Assembly: GCA_964016885.1 (NCBI GenBank)
Contig: OZ024743.1
Coordinates: forward strand, 322,524,001-322,588,000
Length of the DNA: 64,000 bases
Source: Eledone cirrhosa
Taxonomy: Eukaryota
Reading direction: 5' to 3'
The notes beneath the pieces were generated by a model, which was not told the origin of the DNA, did not search any database, and saw nothing but the letters and a program-made list of their open reading frames with translations. Below are positions 1 to 16,029 of the stretch, in pieces. The position numbers and the translations under genes were made by a program. How positions within the stretch are numbered: position 1 is the stretch's first letter; every line of letters starts with the position of its first letter.

Positions 1-214
1 TGTTTACTCTGGACGGAAATGGATCAACTTTACGCACCATTGAGTGCTTTGTAACTGCCTCAAACAATTCGATTGGTATCTGCTATATTTATACCTATTA
101 TATGTAATTGCTGGCCTTGTGCCAATAGTAGAAACAATTATATGTATATATATATATACCTATACATACATATGTATACACACACACATATATATATATG
201 TATATATATATGTG

Positions 215-2537
<2,323 letters not shown>

Positions 2538-2552
2538 ATATATATATATATA

Positions 2553-3005
2553 TAGGGTGAGTTAAAAGTCGCGCTCCATAGAGATAATTTATTAAAAGTA
2601 ATAAAATGTTGTAGTTTGCTTGAAGCAGTGTATATAATATATAATGTGGAAAGACATATAAGGCTAAAAATGCAAAATGGACGGTAAGATGAAGGTAACG
2701 TAAAAGTAAGTTACCTGGTAATCTTTGTTTGTTGTTTTTTTTTGTTTTTTGTTGTTTTCTGTTGTTGTTTTTTGTGTTGTTGTTTTTTTTTTGTTTTTTG
2801 TTTTTTGCTGTTGTTTCTTTCGTCCTAATATTTCGGAACTTAAAATTCCCTTTTTCAGGATATAAGGAACTCTCAGAGAAAAAATGTTTCAGTTTCTTCT
2901 CTTTGGAATTAAATTTAAATTTTATTGAAAGTATAATTACACATGAAATTTTAAAACATGATTAATTAATTAACCCCTATGATACGCGACTTTTTACTCA
3001 CCCTG
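2553..3005. mobile_element. Tc1/mariner-type MITE with an unrelated insert
   Basis: TIRs agggtgagttaaaagtcgcg / cgcgactttttactcaccct, flanked by TA. Confidence 0.7.
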
Positions 3006-3026
3006 TATATATATATATATATATAA

Positions 3027-3088
<62 letters not shown>

Positions 3089-3461
3089 AGAGAGAGAGAG
3101 AAATGACTTCTACAGGACTAGAACTGTTTCAATATTGAGAGAGTTGCTCTTGAGGCCATAACAAATACATATAAACCAGTGTAAACAGGTTTACACACAC
3201 CATATGCACGCTCAAAGACGTTAGACAATAACGAGAAACGGTCACAAGCAACACAACTACTGTAAACTAAAAATATATTTTATACTCATCTATCACATCG
3301 CTGACATATTTCGCAACACCCTAACATCTCACTTGTAACCTACCTCTCCAATTGCTTCCCTCGACCGCACACGCTCACACACACACACACATACACATAC
3401 ATACATACATACATACATACATACATACATACATACATACATACATACATACATACATACA

Positions 3462-3489
<28 letters not shown>

Positions 3490-3492
<3 letters not shown>

Positions 3493-4142
3493 GTAAAACA
3501 AAGATCGAGGATGTAAGTCACATTGTTGCCAGCTGCGAAAGAATGTCATCTCGCTACTACCTCCTCATGAGACACGATGGGATAGCTAGAACCATCTGGA
3601 ACGCACTTCGGAAATCAAAATTAACAACAAGCGAGGAAGAATATATTGAGACAGATGGCACTAAGGAATACTGGTGGAACCTGAAAATAAAAACTGCCAC
3701 CAAATTAAAGCACAACCGGCCTGATATTATTGTTTGGGACCACACATTGAAAACGTGTTCTGTTGTGGAGATCAGCTGCCCACTTGATGTAAACGTTGTC
3801 AGAAAAATACAGGAGAAGGAGGACATCTACGGACCATTGATGAGGTGTTTGCAAATCCAGTATCCAAGATACACCTTTAGGTTCATACCCATCATTATTG
3901 GAGCTACGGGTTATATACCACCCGTTTGGACCAAAGTATGACTGAACTTGGATTTGCGGACAAAGAGCGCAGCTCCCTAATTTGTAGTCTACAAGTGGCT
4001 GCGATAGCTGGCACCTTCAAAATTTGCAAAACTTTCTTGCGTTCTTGCGATTCAAAGGATGACAATTTCTTTTCTTTTACAACCTTGCCACCAGGAAGGT
4101 GGCCGGTCAAAAAAATATACTCGAAATTAAGAGAAAGAGATA
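3490..4142 (+). mobile_element. 5'-truncated R4/Dong-like RLE LINE (endonuclease end)
   Basis: RHD, RPDII and VEISCP restriction-like endonuclease motifs; (CATA)n on both sides. Confidence 0.8.
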
Positions 4143-4169
4143 ACATACATACATACATACATACATACA

Positions 4170-7100
4170 TAGACAGTCAACGCGATCAGTCGCATATTTT
4201 GGCGTGGGAGACTATTTATTAAATTTAAGATGAATACTATCTCCGAAAGTAATGCCACAACTACAGTCAGGTGGAATAACTGGTTATTCTTCTAACTATC
4301 CCTTCTGAAGACACCTTTTATTCGAATTCGTAGAGATATCCGACTAAATACATAATTCATTTTACAAGGATGTGCTACAAACAGCATGGCTGAACACAAC
4401 ATCAACAAAAAAATTAAGGAAGTATCGAAGACAAATAACAAGGAAAGTAATCAAACTTTATTCAGTTGTAACTACAGAAGAAACCGAAATTATAAATCGC
4501 ATTTCTCTTGGAGTTGCGAACTTAATAATGATTTATTTAATTGTTATAAAATGGCAAAAAACAATCTCTCCATTGGCTATATGAATAGAATGAAGCTACA
4601 CTGGGACGAAATGCACCCAGAGCTAAATTATTTCACAGCGAAACAATTACGCCAACAAGCGACGTTTGTTGAACGTAAAAATAAGATAAATATTATTAAT
4701 TGTAAGTCCCCCACAACAAACATGGAATCAACAACACTTGCTACAAGTCGCCATGCTACTAGACTTCCTAGCTGCCAGGTCGAACAGCGCCTTGAAACAA
4801 CTATGCTTGTAAGAAACTTGACACCACCTGTACCATCTAAGTCTACATCGACTGTTGTGGAAAATACTACCGATAATTGTTTCTACTATTGGCACAAGGC
4901 CAGCAATTACTCAGTACATTACTGGTACTTTATTTTATCGACCCCGTAAGGATGAAAGGCAAAGTTAACCTTGGCGGGATTTGAACTCAGAATGGCAAGG
5001 GCCGTAACTTTATGTGTCAAAGCATGGCGGATAATCAAAAGTATAAACAATTGAAAATTTCCCCCAACGAAATCTTCCAGAAAGAAATTAACTCATGTAT
5101 AAATATCTCTCTTGCTGAACGTGTTAAAATGACAATGGTGAATAAAAAACCAAATAATGAAATACTACGTGTTATTGACGAAATAAGGGATGAATATTTA
5201 CGGCGGTTAAAAACCCCAACATTTTGGCAAATCAACGCCTGTTTATATGCCTTAGCAATGACAGTGAAGCATTATCTTGGTGATAGCAGAGATATTAACA
5301 AGAACAAAAAACACCACCAAAAATACTATCATATATAACTAAAATAGAAAAAAAGAGTGCTGACCTACGAAAAAACATAGGACATGTGACAATGCTCCTT
5401 ACATGCAAACAAACACAAAAAAAACCTCACTCCTCATCAACAAAGAGTGAAAAATAAAATAGAGACGATGTTTGGTAACAGTAGAACCAGAACTCTCCAA
5501 TATAAGCTGATCACCCTCAAACAAAACGCCGATACCTGAAGAAGGTAGATGAGAGAAAAGTGCTTAATAAAAGATTCAGACGAAACCAAACATCAGTCTA
5601 TAGAGATATGAAGGGCAAAATAATAAGTGTCACTGAGGCCCCATCCCAGAAAGACATAGATTCCTTTTGGAGAAAAATATGGGGTGAAAAGAAGAATTTC
5701 AACCAAGATGCAGTGTGGCTAAGAGAAATCCGAAATAACTATTGCTCCTACACTACAACAAAAACATACAAAATAAGTGAGGGTACCCTTGAAACTGTGA
5801 TAGGAAAACTCCAAGATAAGAAAACACCAGGAAGAGACATGATTGTCGGCTACTGGTACAAAAAACTAATATTCTATCGGAGGTATCTTACTGACCTCTA
5901 CCAACAAGTTCTTAAGGGAGATACACTTATACCAGAATGGTTGACATTAGCACAAACGTTACTGATCCCCAAGAACAAAGACACCCACTTGGCAAAAAAC
6001 TACCGACCCATTGCATGCCAGAACCTGATGTATAAGATGTATATAGCCTGCCTGAACCTATTCCTCCAAGATCACTGTGAAAATAATAACATCATCACAG
6101 ATGAACAAGCAGCTGGAAAGGGGGGGGGGGGGTGCTGAACAACTCCTAATCAACAAAACTGCGATGTCGGAGGTGCAACAACTTAGGAGGAATATGGCTA
6201 CAGTCTGGCTGGACTACAGGAAAGCTTTCGATTCTGTTCCCCACTCTTGGATGATAGAGGCCCTCCAACTTGCTAAAGTCCCAGACATTATTGTCAGAGC
6301 CATAGAGAGGCTGTCTTCTTCTTGGGCTACTATCCTAAGGTTAAAGACAGAGAGGGAGGACTCTATTTTCCCTGATAAAATAAAATATTGCAGGGATATA
6401 TTTCAGGGGGACAGTCTCTCTGTGATATTGTTCATCTTGTCATTAAACCCCTTGTCCTTTCTGCTCAAGAAATGTGAGGGATACATCATTGGCTCACAGG
6501 AGGACTGAAATACGAACCTAACCCATAATTTCTTTGTGGACGATCTGAAACTCTATGCCAACAACATGGATGGGATGAAGAAAAATCTTGACCTGGTTAC
6601 AACGTTCTAAAAGGATATAGGAATGGAGTTTGGCCAAGATAAATGCTCATACATGACTGTAAAGCGGGGAAAAACAACAACCCAATCTAGCAACATTGTC
6701 ATCAATTGTCTAACGGTTCCACAGATATCTGATGAGGACTGCTACAGATACCTGAGGATAGATGAGAACATATCCTATAATGGTATCTGTAATAAAGAAC
6801 GCGTAACCAGGGAATACTACACCCGATTAAGAAAGATCTGGTCATCGGAACTCTCTGCCCAAAACAGTGGCTCACAATGTGTTTGCTGTGTCTGTCCTAA
6901 CACCAACGTTTGGAATACTCAATTGGACGATAGACGAAATCCGAGCAGTTGATGTTGGAACTTGAAAAATACTGAACAACACCGGAAACTTCCACATCAA
7001 CAGTGACATAGACCGCCTTTACTTGAAACGTTAGCAGGGAGGCAGAGGCCTAAGATCAGTCCAGGCAACATTTGAATGTCGCATCATATCTCTCCGACAA

Positions 7101-8310
7101 CATCTACGAACCTCGAAGCGTAGGAGCCCGTCTCTCGAGCAAGTCTATCTGCATGAAACAGATCATGAGAGTTGGGAAGGAACTCCTTGAGAGATATTCC
7201 CTGTGTGATAATCAAAAACTCACACCCAGGGGAGTCGCTCAGCAGTATCGCAGTGAATCCATGATGAAAAACTGCATGCCTATCAGCAAAGAATCATGCA
7301 TGGATATGTTGCCAGGAAGCTCCAGAGTGAGAGTAATATAGATAAGCAAGGTAGTCTATCTTGGACCAACAGCCGCTATATTGGCTCCCACTTTGAAGGA
7401 TACGCTTTTGCAATCCAGGAACAGGAGATTAGCACGAAATACCTGATTCACAAAAGAGAAAGGGATGCAGGCAAAACACCTAGATGTGATAAAAGTGCAG
7501 ACTCTGCAGAACTAACATCGAGGATATCACCCATGTCATCAGCAGCTGTCCAAAGATGTCATCGCGGTACTATCTACCTATGAGGCATGATGTAGTGGCC
7601 AAAACACTGTACAATGCAGTTCGTAAAAAAGATAGCCCCGATAATAAACACATTAAAAGCTACAACAATGTGGAAGACATCCATGTACATAATATGAAAG
7701 AGTACTGGTGGAATGTTCCAGTAAAAACCCCAATAAAATGCAGGCATAACAGACCAGATATTATGATATGGGACAGGGAGAAGAAAGCATCCACAGTAGT
7801 GGAAATTAGCTGCCCAGCAGATGCCAGTATAATATCAAAGATTAGTGAAAGGAGAAAATTTATGCAGAACTGATGAGAAATCTGCAGATACTCCACCCTG
7901 ATTACACCTTCAGATTTATGCCTGTGATATTGGGGCACTGGGGTATGTTAGTAACTGCCTCAATACCAATCTTGAGAAGCTAGGCTTCACAGGAACAGAA
8001 AGAACACAACTAGTTATGAAATTACAAGTACAATCCATTAATGGAACAATCAAAATATGTAAAACATTCCAAAAATTGTGCATCTAATAACTGCATATAC
8101 ACATGTACAAAGCATATACACATGCACACATAGAACTCAAAACATCCACATCCACACATACAATAACATCCATATCTACACATGCATGCATACATACATA
8201 TCTACCTAGTTGATGTTGTGTAAATTCCAATGAGAGAGTCTTGTGTCTATGTTAGAAACCGACTCTCTCTCTATTGATAAAACTTTGTGAAATTATAAAA
8301 CCAGAAGAAC
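4170..8310 (+). mobile_element. Near full-length decayed R4/Dong-like non-LTR retrotransposon (RT + CCHC + RLE)
   Basis: YRPIAC, WLDYRKAFDSVPH, IFQGDSLS, FVDDLK, then HVISSC, RHD, RPDI, EISCP. Many frameshifts and stops; SINE insertion at ~4865-5008; bounded by (CATA)n. Confidence 0.85.
4865..5008 (-). mobile_element. tRNA-derived SINE fragment nested in the R4-like LINE
   Basis: Reverse complement carries B-box gagttcaaatccc and the tcgataaaataaagtaccagt body shared with other SINE copies. Confidence 0.7.
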
Positions 8311-8869
8311 ATACATACATGCTGGTTGCAAACTATGCTAAGAGTATTGTAATCGCTTGTCAGATTATAGAGTTTGGTACACTTTTAGGCTACGGCCAGC
8401 CACACGAACCTTTAACATTTCCTAAACAAGCAATGCCTGTGCTTTGAAGATTTTTTAAGTGGTGAAAGGCCTTGTACCCGACCAATCCCACTCTCTGAGC
8501 ATCGAAAACACTACCCGAAAAGGAGAACTCGTTAACATCATCGGATGATTCCGAAGTCGCAGGTTTATTTTTCAGAGTTTCCCTCTCCTAGAAAGGTGTT
8601 GTGACAACAACTGGGGCCTTTCACTCCCAGGCAAAAAAAAAAGAAAAACATACATACATATATGCATACATAGCACGTGTAGCACGGCTAGGACTGTTTC
8701 CTTCGTATGAAACAGTCCTAGTCCTGTAGAAGTCGTTTCTTTATAGAATAAAGATTCCTATGCACTATCAACGTATTGAGTGCCCTTTTTTAACTGTGGT
8801 TACCCCACGATACGACTAGTGAACCTACATATTACATATATATACATACACACGTATGTATGCATGTAT

Positions 8870-10330
8870 TTATGTTTTATCATTTTAGGAATTTTCACCA
8901 ATAGAGAGAGAATCGGTTACTAACATAGAAACAAGACCCTTTCATTGGAATTTAAACATCAACTAGGTAAATTACGTATGTGAGTCTATATGTGTTTGTG
9001 TGTGTGCAGGTATTGGTGTTACTGCATGTGTGAATCTCTGTTTTGAGTTATATGTGTACATGTGCATATGTTTCTGCGTCTATACGTATATATGCAGTTA
9101 TTACATGCAGAATTTCTGAAATGTTTTACATATATTTACAATTCCATTAATGAACTGTATTTGGAAGTTCCTAACCAACCGTGCTCTTTCCGGTTCTATG
9201 AAGATTTGAACTGAGGCGGTTAGTAACATATTCCAGAGCCCAAAATATCACATGTAAAAATCTAAATGTATATTCAGGGGGGAGTACTTGCAGATTCCTC
9301 ATTAATTCAGTATAAATGTTCTCTACTAATCTTTAGCATTATACTGACATCTGCTGAGCATGCCTTCTTTTCTTTGTTCCATATCACTATATCAGATATG
9401 GATATTCGACACAAAATCGAATACTTTTCTGTCGTCCAGCCAGAGTGTAACTAAGTTCCTCCTATGTTGCCGCATCTCTTCCATTGTGGTTAATTAGGAG
9501 TTGCTTAACACATGCCCAAACTTCTTTTTTCTCAGCTGCTTGCTCATCTCCGGGATGACTGTGACAATAATAAGTTCAGGCAGGCTGTATATATTTTATA
9601 CATTAGTTTCTGGCACGCAATGGATTTTTTTGTCAAGTGTGTTTCTTTGTTTGGAGGGTGGGGTGACCAACCTTGTTTCTGCTAATATCAACCACCCTGG
9701 TATATGTGCATCTCCCTTGAGAGTTTGCTGGGAGAGGTTGATAAGATACATCTAATACAAAGTCAGTTTTTTGTACCAGTAGCCGACAATCAAGTTTCTT
9801 CCTGGTGCTTTTTTATCTTGAAGTTTTCCTATCACAGTCTCAAGGGTATCATCATTGATGCTGTATGTTTTGGGTGTAATGCAGGGACAGGACAATAGTT
9901 AATTTGTATCTCTTTCAACCACACTGGATATTGGTTGAATTTCTTTTCCTCACTCCTTATGTTCTTCCTCTAGAAGGAATCTGTCTTTCTGGGATGGAGA
10001 CTTGGTGACATTTATTGCTTTGCCCCTCACATCTCTATAGACTGATGTTTGGTTTCGGCTGAATCATTTATTAATTATTTTTCTTTCGGCCATTCTCTTT
10101 TCATATCGGAATTTCTCACTGACAAGTCTGAATTCTTGATTGAGGATGATCAACTTGTATTGAAAAGTTCTGATTGTACTGTCTTCAAACAGCATTACTA
10201 ATCTACTTTCACTCTTCTTTGGAGGGCATTGTATTTTCTTTTCTTTTTCTTTTTACGTGTGATAAACATTGTCACATGGCCGATACTTTTTCGTATGTCA
10301 GCGATCTTTTTTGGAATATGGCATTTTTTT
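8870..10330 (-). mobile_element. Internally deleted, diverged R4-like LINE
   Basis: Reverse complement resembles 5350-6000 and 7750-8310, including the 3' UTR; ends in (TATG)n. Confidence 0.7.
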
Positions 10331-10741
10331 TTTTTTTGTGAGAGATCTCAAGTTCTTGTAAGGACATCATTCTAGGAGAAGGAAAACTCTGATATAAAAC
10401 CTACAACTCGATGGCAGTCATTGATATTGACCTGTGTTTTTTTTGTTTTTTTTTTTTATACCTGTCAGAGAGTGGTAATGGTGCAGTGCAAGGTCTTTCT
10501 TCATTTAAAAAGGTTTCGAGCACAGATATAACTTAATTTAAATGACTTTTACTTATGTTGCATGAACATGACCTTGTCATTTTTCTTTCGCTGCAGCATA
10601 TGCAGAAAAGAATCTAAGTCCTTGAAAGAGCTAAAAAGTCATGTTCGTGCTGCCCATGTATGAGAAAAAGATCGAGGGGTGGCAATTCTCGAAACCGAGA
10701 TGCAACCATTATGTGTGCATGTATGTATGTATGTATTTATG

Positions 10742-11350
10742 TCAGGTCACCAGTTGGTACTACTGGTAACATGTATCCCAGTATAACCTGTCTCACGGTC
10801 GGGTCGATGGCGACTAAACTGGCAACCCCACCAAGGTTTCTTGGTGAGGAGGGTGACTTTGGACATCCTGCAGGACTAAAAGCAAAACCTGTCAAAGGGC
10901 AAAGGAGCTCTTAAGAGTCAATGGCCATCCAAAATCACCGGGAGAGATGACCCCTTAGCCTTTGTCAAGGTAGAATTCTAGGAGAAGGAAAACTCTGATA
11001 TAACACCTGCAACCCTGATGGTATCCAATGATGTTGACTGGTTCTTCTTTTGGGTAAATATCATCTTGGTTAAGAGAATGGGACTGGCTTTGTGCAGTGC
11101 CTTTGCTCACTATAAAAGCTTCACGGCACAGGCATTGCTTTATATCTGGAGATCTCTCTGCACTTGTCATCACATGGTACCATGGGGCCAGCACTATGTG
11201 TCAGTAATTGTCACAAGTGTAGTCTTTGTACCAGAGTTTTCAAGTCGCTGGCTGGACTAAAAAGTCACACTTGTTCAGCGCATCGGTAGGGGTTCTCCTA
11301 CATGGATATAAAGTAGTGGCCGTACTCGAAAACGAGTTGGCAGCCACCAT
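10742..11350 (+). mobile_element. Non-coding retroposon with (ATGT)n tail, possibly a bipartite RTE derivative
   Basis: Near-identical to 12615-13032 and 26408-26795 (minus); constant 3' end ggcagccacc(atgt)n with variable 5' ends. Confidence 0.65.
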
Positions 11351-11377
11351 GTATGTATGTATGTATGTATGTATATA

Positions 11378-11533
11378 AGGCGGAAAATTGGCAGAGTCGT
11401 TAGAACGTCGGATAGAATGCTTTATGGTATTCGATCCGGATCTCTGCACTCTGCGTTCAAATCCAGCCGAGGTCAACTTTGCTTTTCATCCTTTCGAGGT
11501 CGATAAAAGTACCAGTGAAGTACTGGGTCGATT
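11378..11533 (+). mobile_element. tRNA-derived SINE
   Basis: A-box-like tggcagagtcgttag and B-box gttcaaatcc. Related copies at ~13950-14310, 37555-37820, 45245-45400 (minus) and 45590-45800. Confidence 0.7.
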
Positions 11534-11749
11534 CTTCTTCTCTCTGGAAGAAATCTGCTGTACTTAGGCTTGGAGAGGGACAGGCTCCGCCAGACTTAAA
11601 ATGCCCAAGCAACACCGTGTCAATACGGCGCCCCTACGACTCTATCAAGAGTTACGGAACCATACAATACCATATATGTATATATGTGCGTACGTATATA
11701 TATATATATATATATGTATGTACGTATGTATGCGTATGTATGTATGTAT

Positions 11750-12574
11750 GTGCTTCTGGTTTTATAATTTCACAAATTTTTGCCAATAGAGAGTCGGTTT
11801 CTAGCATTGATACAAGACTCTCTCATTGGAATTTACACATCAACTAGGTAGATATGTCTGCATGGTTTCATGGATGCATGTGTAGATATTGATGTTATTG
11901 TATGTGTGGATGTGGATGTTTTGGTTGTATGTGTTTTGGCCACTACATCATGCCTCATAGGTAGATAGTACCGCGATGACATCTTTGGACAGCTGCTTAT
12001 GACATGGGTGACATCTTCGATGTTAATTCTGCAGAGTCTGCACTTGTTATCACATCTAGGTGTTTTGTCTGCATCCCTATCTCTTTTGTGAATCAGGTAT
12101 TTCGTGTTGATTTCCTCTTCTTGGATTGCAAAAGCGTATCCTTCAAAGTGGGAGCCAATATAGCGGTTGTTGGTCCAAGATAGACTACTTTGTTTATCTA
12201 TATTACTCTCACTCTGGAACTTCCTGGCAACATATCCATGCATGATTTTTTGCTGATAAGCATGCAGTTTTTCATCCATGGATTCACTGCGATATTGCTG
12301 AGCGACTTCCCTGGGGGGTGAGTTTTTGATTATCACACAGAGAATATCTTTCGAGGAGTTCCTTCCCAACTCTCATGATCTTATCTGTTTCATGCAGATA
12401 GACTTGCTCGAGGTTCGTATATGTTGTCGGAGGGATATGATGCGACATTCAAATGCTGTCTGGACTGATCTTAGGCCTCTGCCTCCCTACTTACGTTTCA
12501 AGTAAACGTGGACTATGTCACTGTTGATGTGGAAGTTTCGGGTGTTGTTTAGTATTTTTCGAGTTCTAACATCA

Positions 12575-12575
<1 letters not shown>
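11750..12575 (-). mobile_element. R4-like LINE fragment, internally deleted
   Basis: Highly similar to 6950-7610 joined to 8140-8310; CRLC..HVISSC and RHD motifs; (TATG)n flanks. Confidence 0.85.
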
Positions 12576-12605
<30 letters not shown>

Positions 12606-12614
12606 TGTATGTAT

Positions 12615-13032
12615 CTCTCACCGGGAGAGATGACCCCTTAGCCTTTGTCAAGGCAGAATTCTAGGAGAAGGAAAACTCTGATATAACACCTGCAACCCTG
12701 ATGGTATCCAATGATGTTGACTTGTTCTTCTTTTTGGTAAATATCATCTTGGTTAAGAGAGTGGGACTGGCTTTGTGCAGTGCCTTTACTCACTATAAAA
12801 GCTTCACATCACAGGCATTGCTTTATATCTGGAGATCTCTCTGCACTTGTCATCACGTGGTACCATGGGCCCTGCACTATGTGTCAATAATGGTCACAAG
12901 TGTAGTCTTTGTACCAGAGTTTTCAAGTCGCTGGCTGGACTAAAAAGTCACACTCGTTCAGCGCATCGGTAGGGGTTCTCCTACATGGATATAAAGTAGT
13001 AGCCGTACTCGAAAACGAGTTGGCAGCCACCA
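12615..13032 (+). mobile_element. Second copy of the (ATGT)n-tailed retroposon
   Basis: High identity to 10935-11350; a diverged relative follows at ~13260-13550. Confidence 0.7.
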
Positions 13033-15094
13033 TGTATGTATGTATGGTGACGAGCGTTATTTTGGACATCCTGCAGGACAAAAAATAAAACTTGACAAAG
13101 CGCGGAAAAACTAATAAGAGTCAACAGCCATCCCAAAATGTGTAAATATGTATATACACATGTACATATGTATATATGTATATGCATGTATGCATGTGTA
13201 TATGTATGCGCGCGGACATAGAAATAGTCGGGCTGGATACCCGATCACGCGGTTAAACCACTGGGAGTGAATGACCCCTAGCCTTTGTCAGGGCATTCTT
13301 CTAGGAGAAGGCAACTCAAGAAACTGGGATAACTCCGATATAAAACCTGCGGCTCAGTAGTTACCGATGATGTTGATCTTTTCTTCTTTTCGGGTTATAG
13401 CTACTGGGATTGGCTCAGTGCACAGTATTTCCTCACTTAAAAAAAATCTTCACGCACAGACATTGCACGATAGAATTAATTAATAATTATTAATAATGGC
13501 ATATGATGCAATGGCCATACTCGATAACGAGGGGGCAGCCATCATCATGTATGTATGTAAGTATTTACGTATGTATAAGCTAGTTACTTGTCTATATATT
13601 TATATTTTATTCCTTATAAATTATAAGTTTATTTGTCTTTAAACATATATGCTATATACCTGCAAGAAATGATAAAAGTGTATTTGGTTGAGTTTTGTTG
13701 ATTTTTTCATTGATTTTTTTTTTTTTTAGGAAATGAAATATATGACACAAAAACACAAACAAAAAATTGATAAATAGTGGCTGTTGTTGTTGTTGTTGTT
13801 AGTGTATTTGTTGTTGTTGTTGTTAGTGTATTTGTTGTTGCTGTTGTTGTTAGTGTATTTGTTGTTTGAGTGTATTCGTTGTTGTTGTTGTTAGTGTTAG
13901 TGTTGTTTGTTGTTACCTCGTGTATAGATATTGTCGTTGTCGGCTGATTAGCAGGTTCGTTAGAACTTCCGACAAAATGCCTTGCGGTATTTGTTCCGTA
14001 CCTTTATGTTTTGAGTACAAAATCCTGCCACAGAATATTTCTATTTCTATCCTTCCTGGAGTCGATAAAATATAATACCAATCAAGTACTGGAATTAATC
14101 CAATCGACGTAACATCTCTCCCCTCCTCGCCTCCAATTTCTGGCTTAGTACCATATAGGTTAGGTGGTGAAGTAGCAGAGCTGTTAGAACATCCGATAGA
14201 GTGCTTTGCACTATTCCTTCTCCTTCTCTACGTCCTCAGTTCAAATCCCGTCAACTTTGCCTATCTTCATTTCGAGTTCGATAACTATAGTATCAGTCTA
14301 GTACTGCGGTCGATTCTCTCTCTCTCTCTCTGGAAGAAATTGGTTCTCTTCAAACCTAGAGAAGGGACAGGTTCCACCAGGTTTAATATGCCCAAGAAAC
14401 ACCATATGCCGCTGTGGCATCACTACAACTCCACCAGGAGTTACGGGTCCATACATACCATATATATAAGGATGATGAATTGGCAAAATGTTCAGAGTGG
14501 TGACGGAATAAATGGCATGTGATATTTCTTTGCTCTTCGTGTGTTAAAGTTCGCACCCATTCACTCTTAGTAAGATAAATATATCAAACATCAGAACATA
14601 TGAGGCATTGTATGAAACTGGAGAGAAAAGTCAGTTGAACGTCTCTTCTAACATAGTGTCAGGACAATGACCTAGAAGATGATCTGGTCATTGTCAGAGA
14701 ATCAGAGAAAGTCTATGTAACATTTTCCGGAAGGACTCTCAAGTTCAGAAGACTAAAGAAAATAATTTTGCAAACATTTTCGACTTGTCATTGCTACTAG
14801 AACAATATATATATATAAAAGTTTATCCCGGGTTCAATCGGGGGTAACCTCAGTAAGTAAGGTACTCAATACATAGCAGACTATAAATATTTAATATAGA
14901 AATGGATTCTACAGGACTAGAACTATTTCTTTATAACCAATCTATTTCATCGGAGCGAGTGAAATGAAGAAAACACATAAGGCATGGTTTTTATATAAGT
15001 GTGGTATTAAACCAGAACAATAATATCAATGATAAAATAAAATAATTAGATAGCAGACAATTAAAATACTGCCATAACGATACCCTGTTATCCC

Positions 15095-15144
<50 letters not shown>

Positions 15145-15282
15145 CAGAAATGGCTTCTACAGGACTAGAACTGTTTCATTCGGGAGAAATCATATATATA
15201 CACACATACACGAGCTCTAATTCTTAGCATGCATTGAGTACTACCCTGATTTGTGGTCTCTCCGGTCTTGGCACCACTGACG

Positions 15283-15352
<70 letters not shown>

Positions 15353-15499
15353 GTGTGTGCGTGTGTATATATATGTATATATACAGAGACATAGAGAGAG
15401 AAGAGACTGTGGTGCTGAGACCGAGGAGACCACAAATCAGGGGAATATTCTATGCATGGGAAGAAGCAGAGTAGGTATCGAAAACCTCTTTCGATCACG

Positions 15500-15818
15500 A
15501 ATGATCATGGTATTTGCACCTAGAAAGTTTCCCTCCGAGGCACAAGTCCGGCAAGGTTATTTGAGGAGGACCACCAGACGCCCATGCATACCAGCCTCCC
15601 CTCTCCACGCCAGCGATGAAGTACAAGAGAAAAGCTATGGCCGATACAGATTGACACCAGTGACGTCGCAACTCATTTCTACAGATGAGTAAACTGGAAC
15701 AACGTGAAATAAAGTGTCTTGCTCAAGGACACAACGCATCACCCGGTCCAAGAATCGAACTCATAACTTTTCAATTGCAAGCCCAATGCTGTAACCACTA
15801 AGCCATGCGCCTTCACAG
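15500..15818 (-). mobile_element. tRNA-derived SINE, second family
   Basis: Minus strand has A box tggcttagtgg, B box gttcgattc and core gtccttgagcaagacactt. Relatives at ~30275-30512 and 56870-57200. Confidence 0.75.
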
Positions 15819-15993
15819 AGTAGGTATAGAGAAAAGTAAAAAAACCCGATCGAAACGCCAAGAAGTTTTGGGTTGTGTTCAGCAAGCCTTTTCAACTGTG
15901 TTCTCTTGAAAAGAATTGCTGAACACAAGCCGAAACTTCTTAGCGTCACGGTCGGGGTTTTACACCCCCCCCTCTTCACCCCCTCTTTTATCT

Positions 15994-16029
<36 letters not shown>

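Noticed and set aside
4300-4345. HHR at CTGAAGA in the R4-like 5' UTR
   Set aside because: No GAAA, stem II or stem I pairing could be assembled.
11018-11260. 80-aa ORF (MVSNDVD...) recurring three times
   Set aside because: It recurs because the retroposon copies are young; it is lost in the diverged copy at ~13260-13550 and has no recognisable domain.
15760-15818. tRNA gene
   Set aside because: The A and B boxes continue into a repeated SINE body; no complete cloverleaf is evident.
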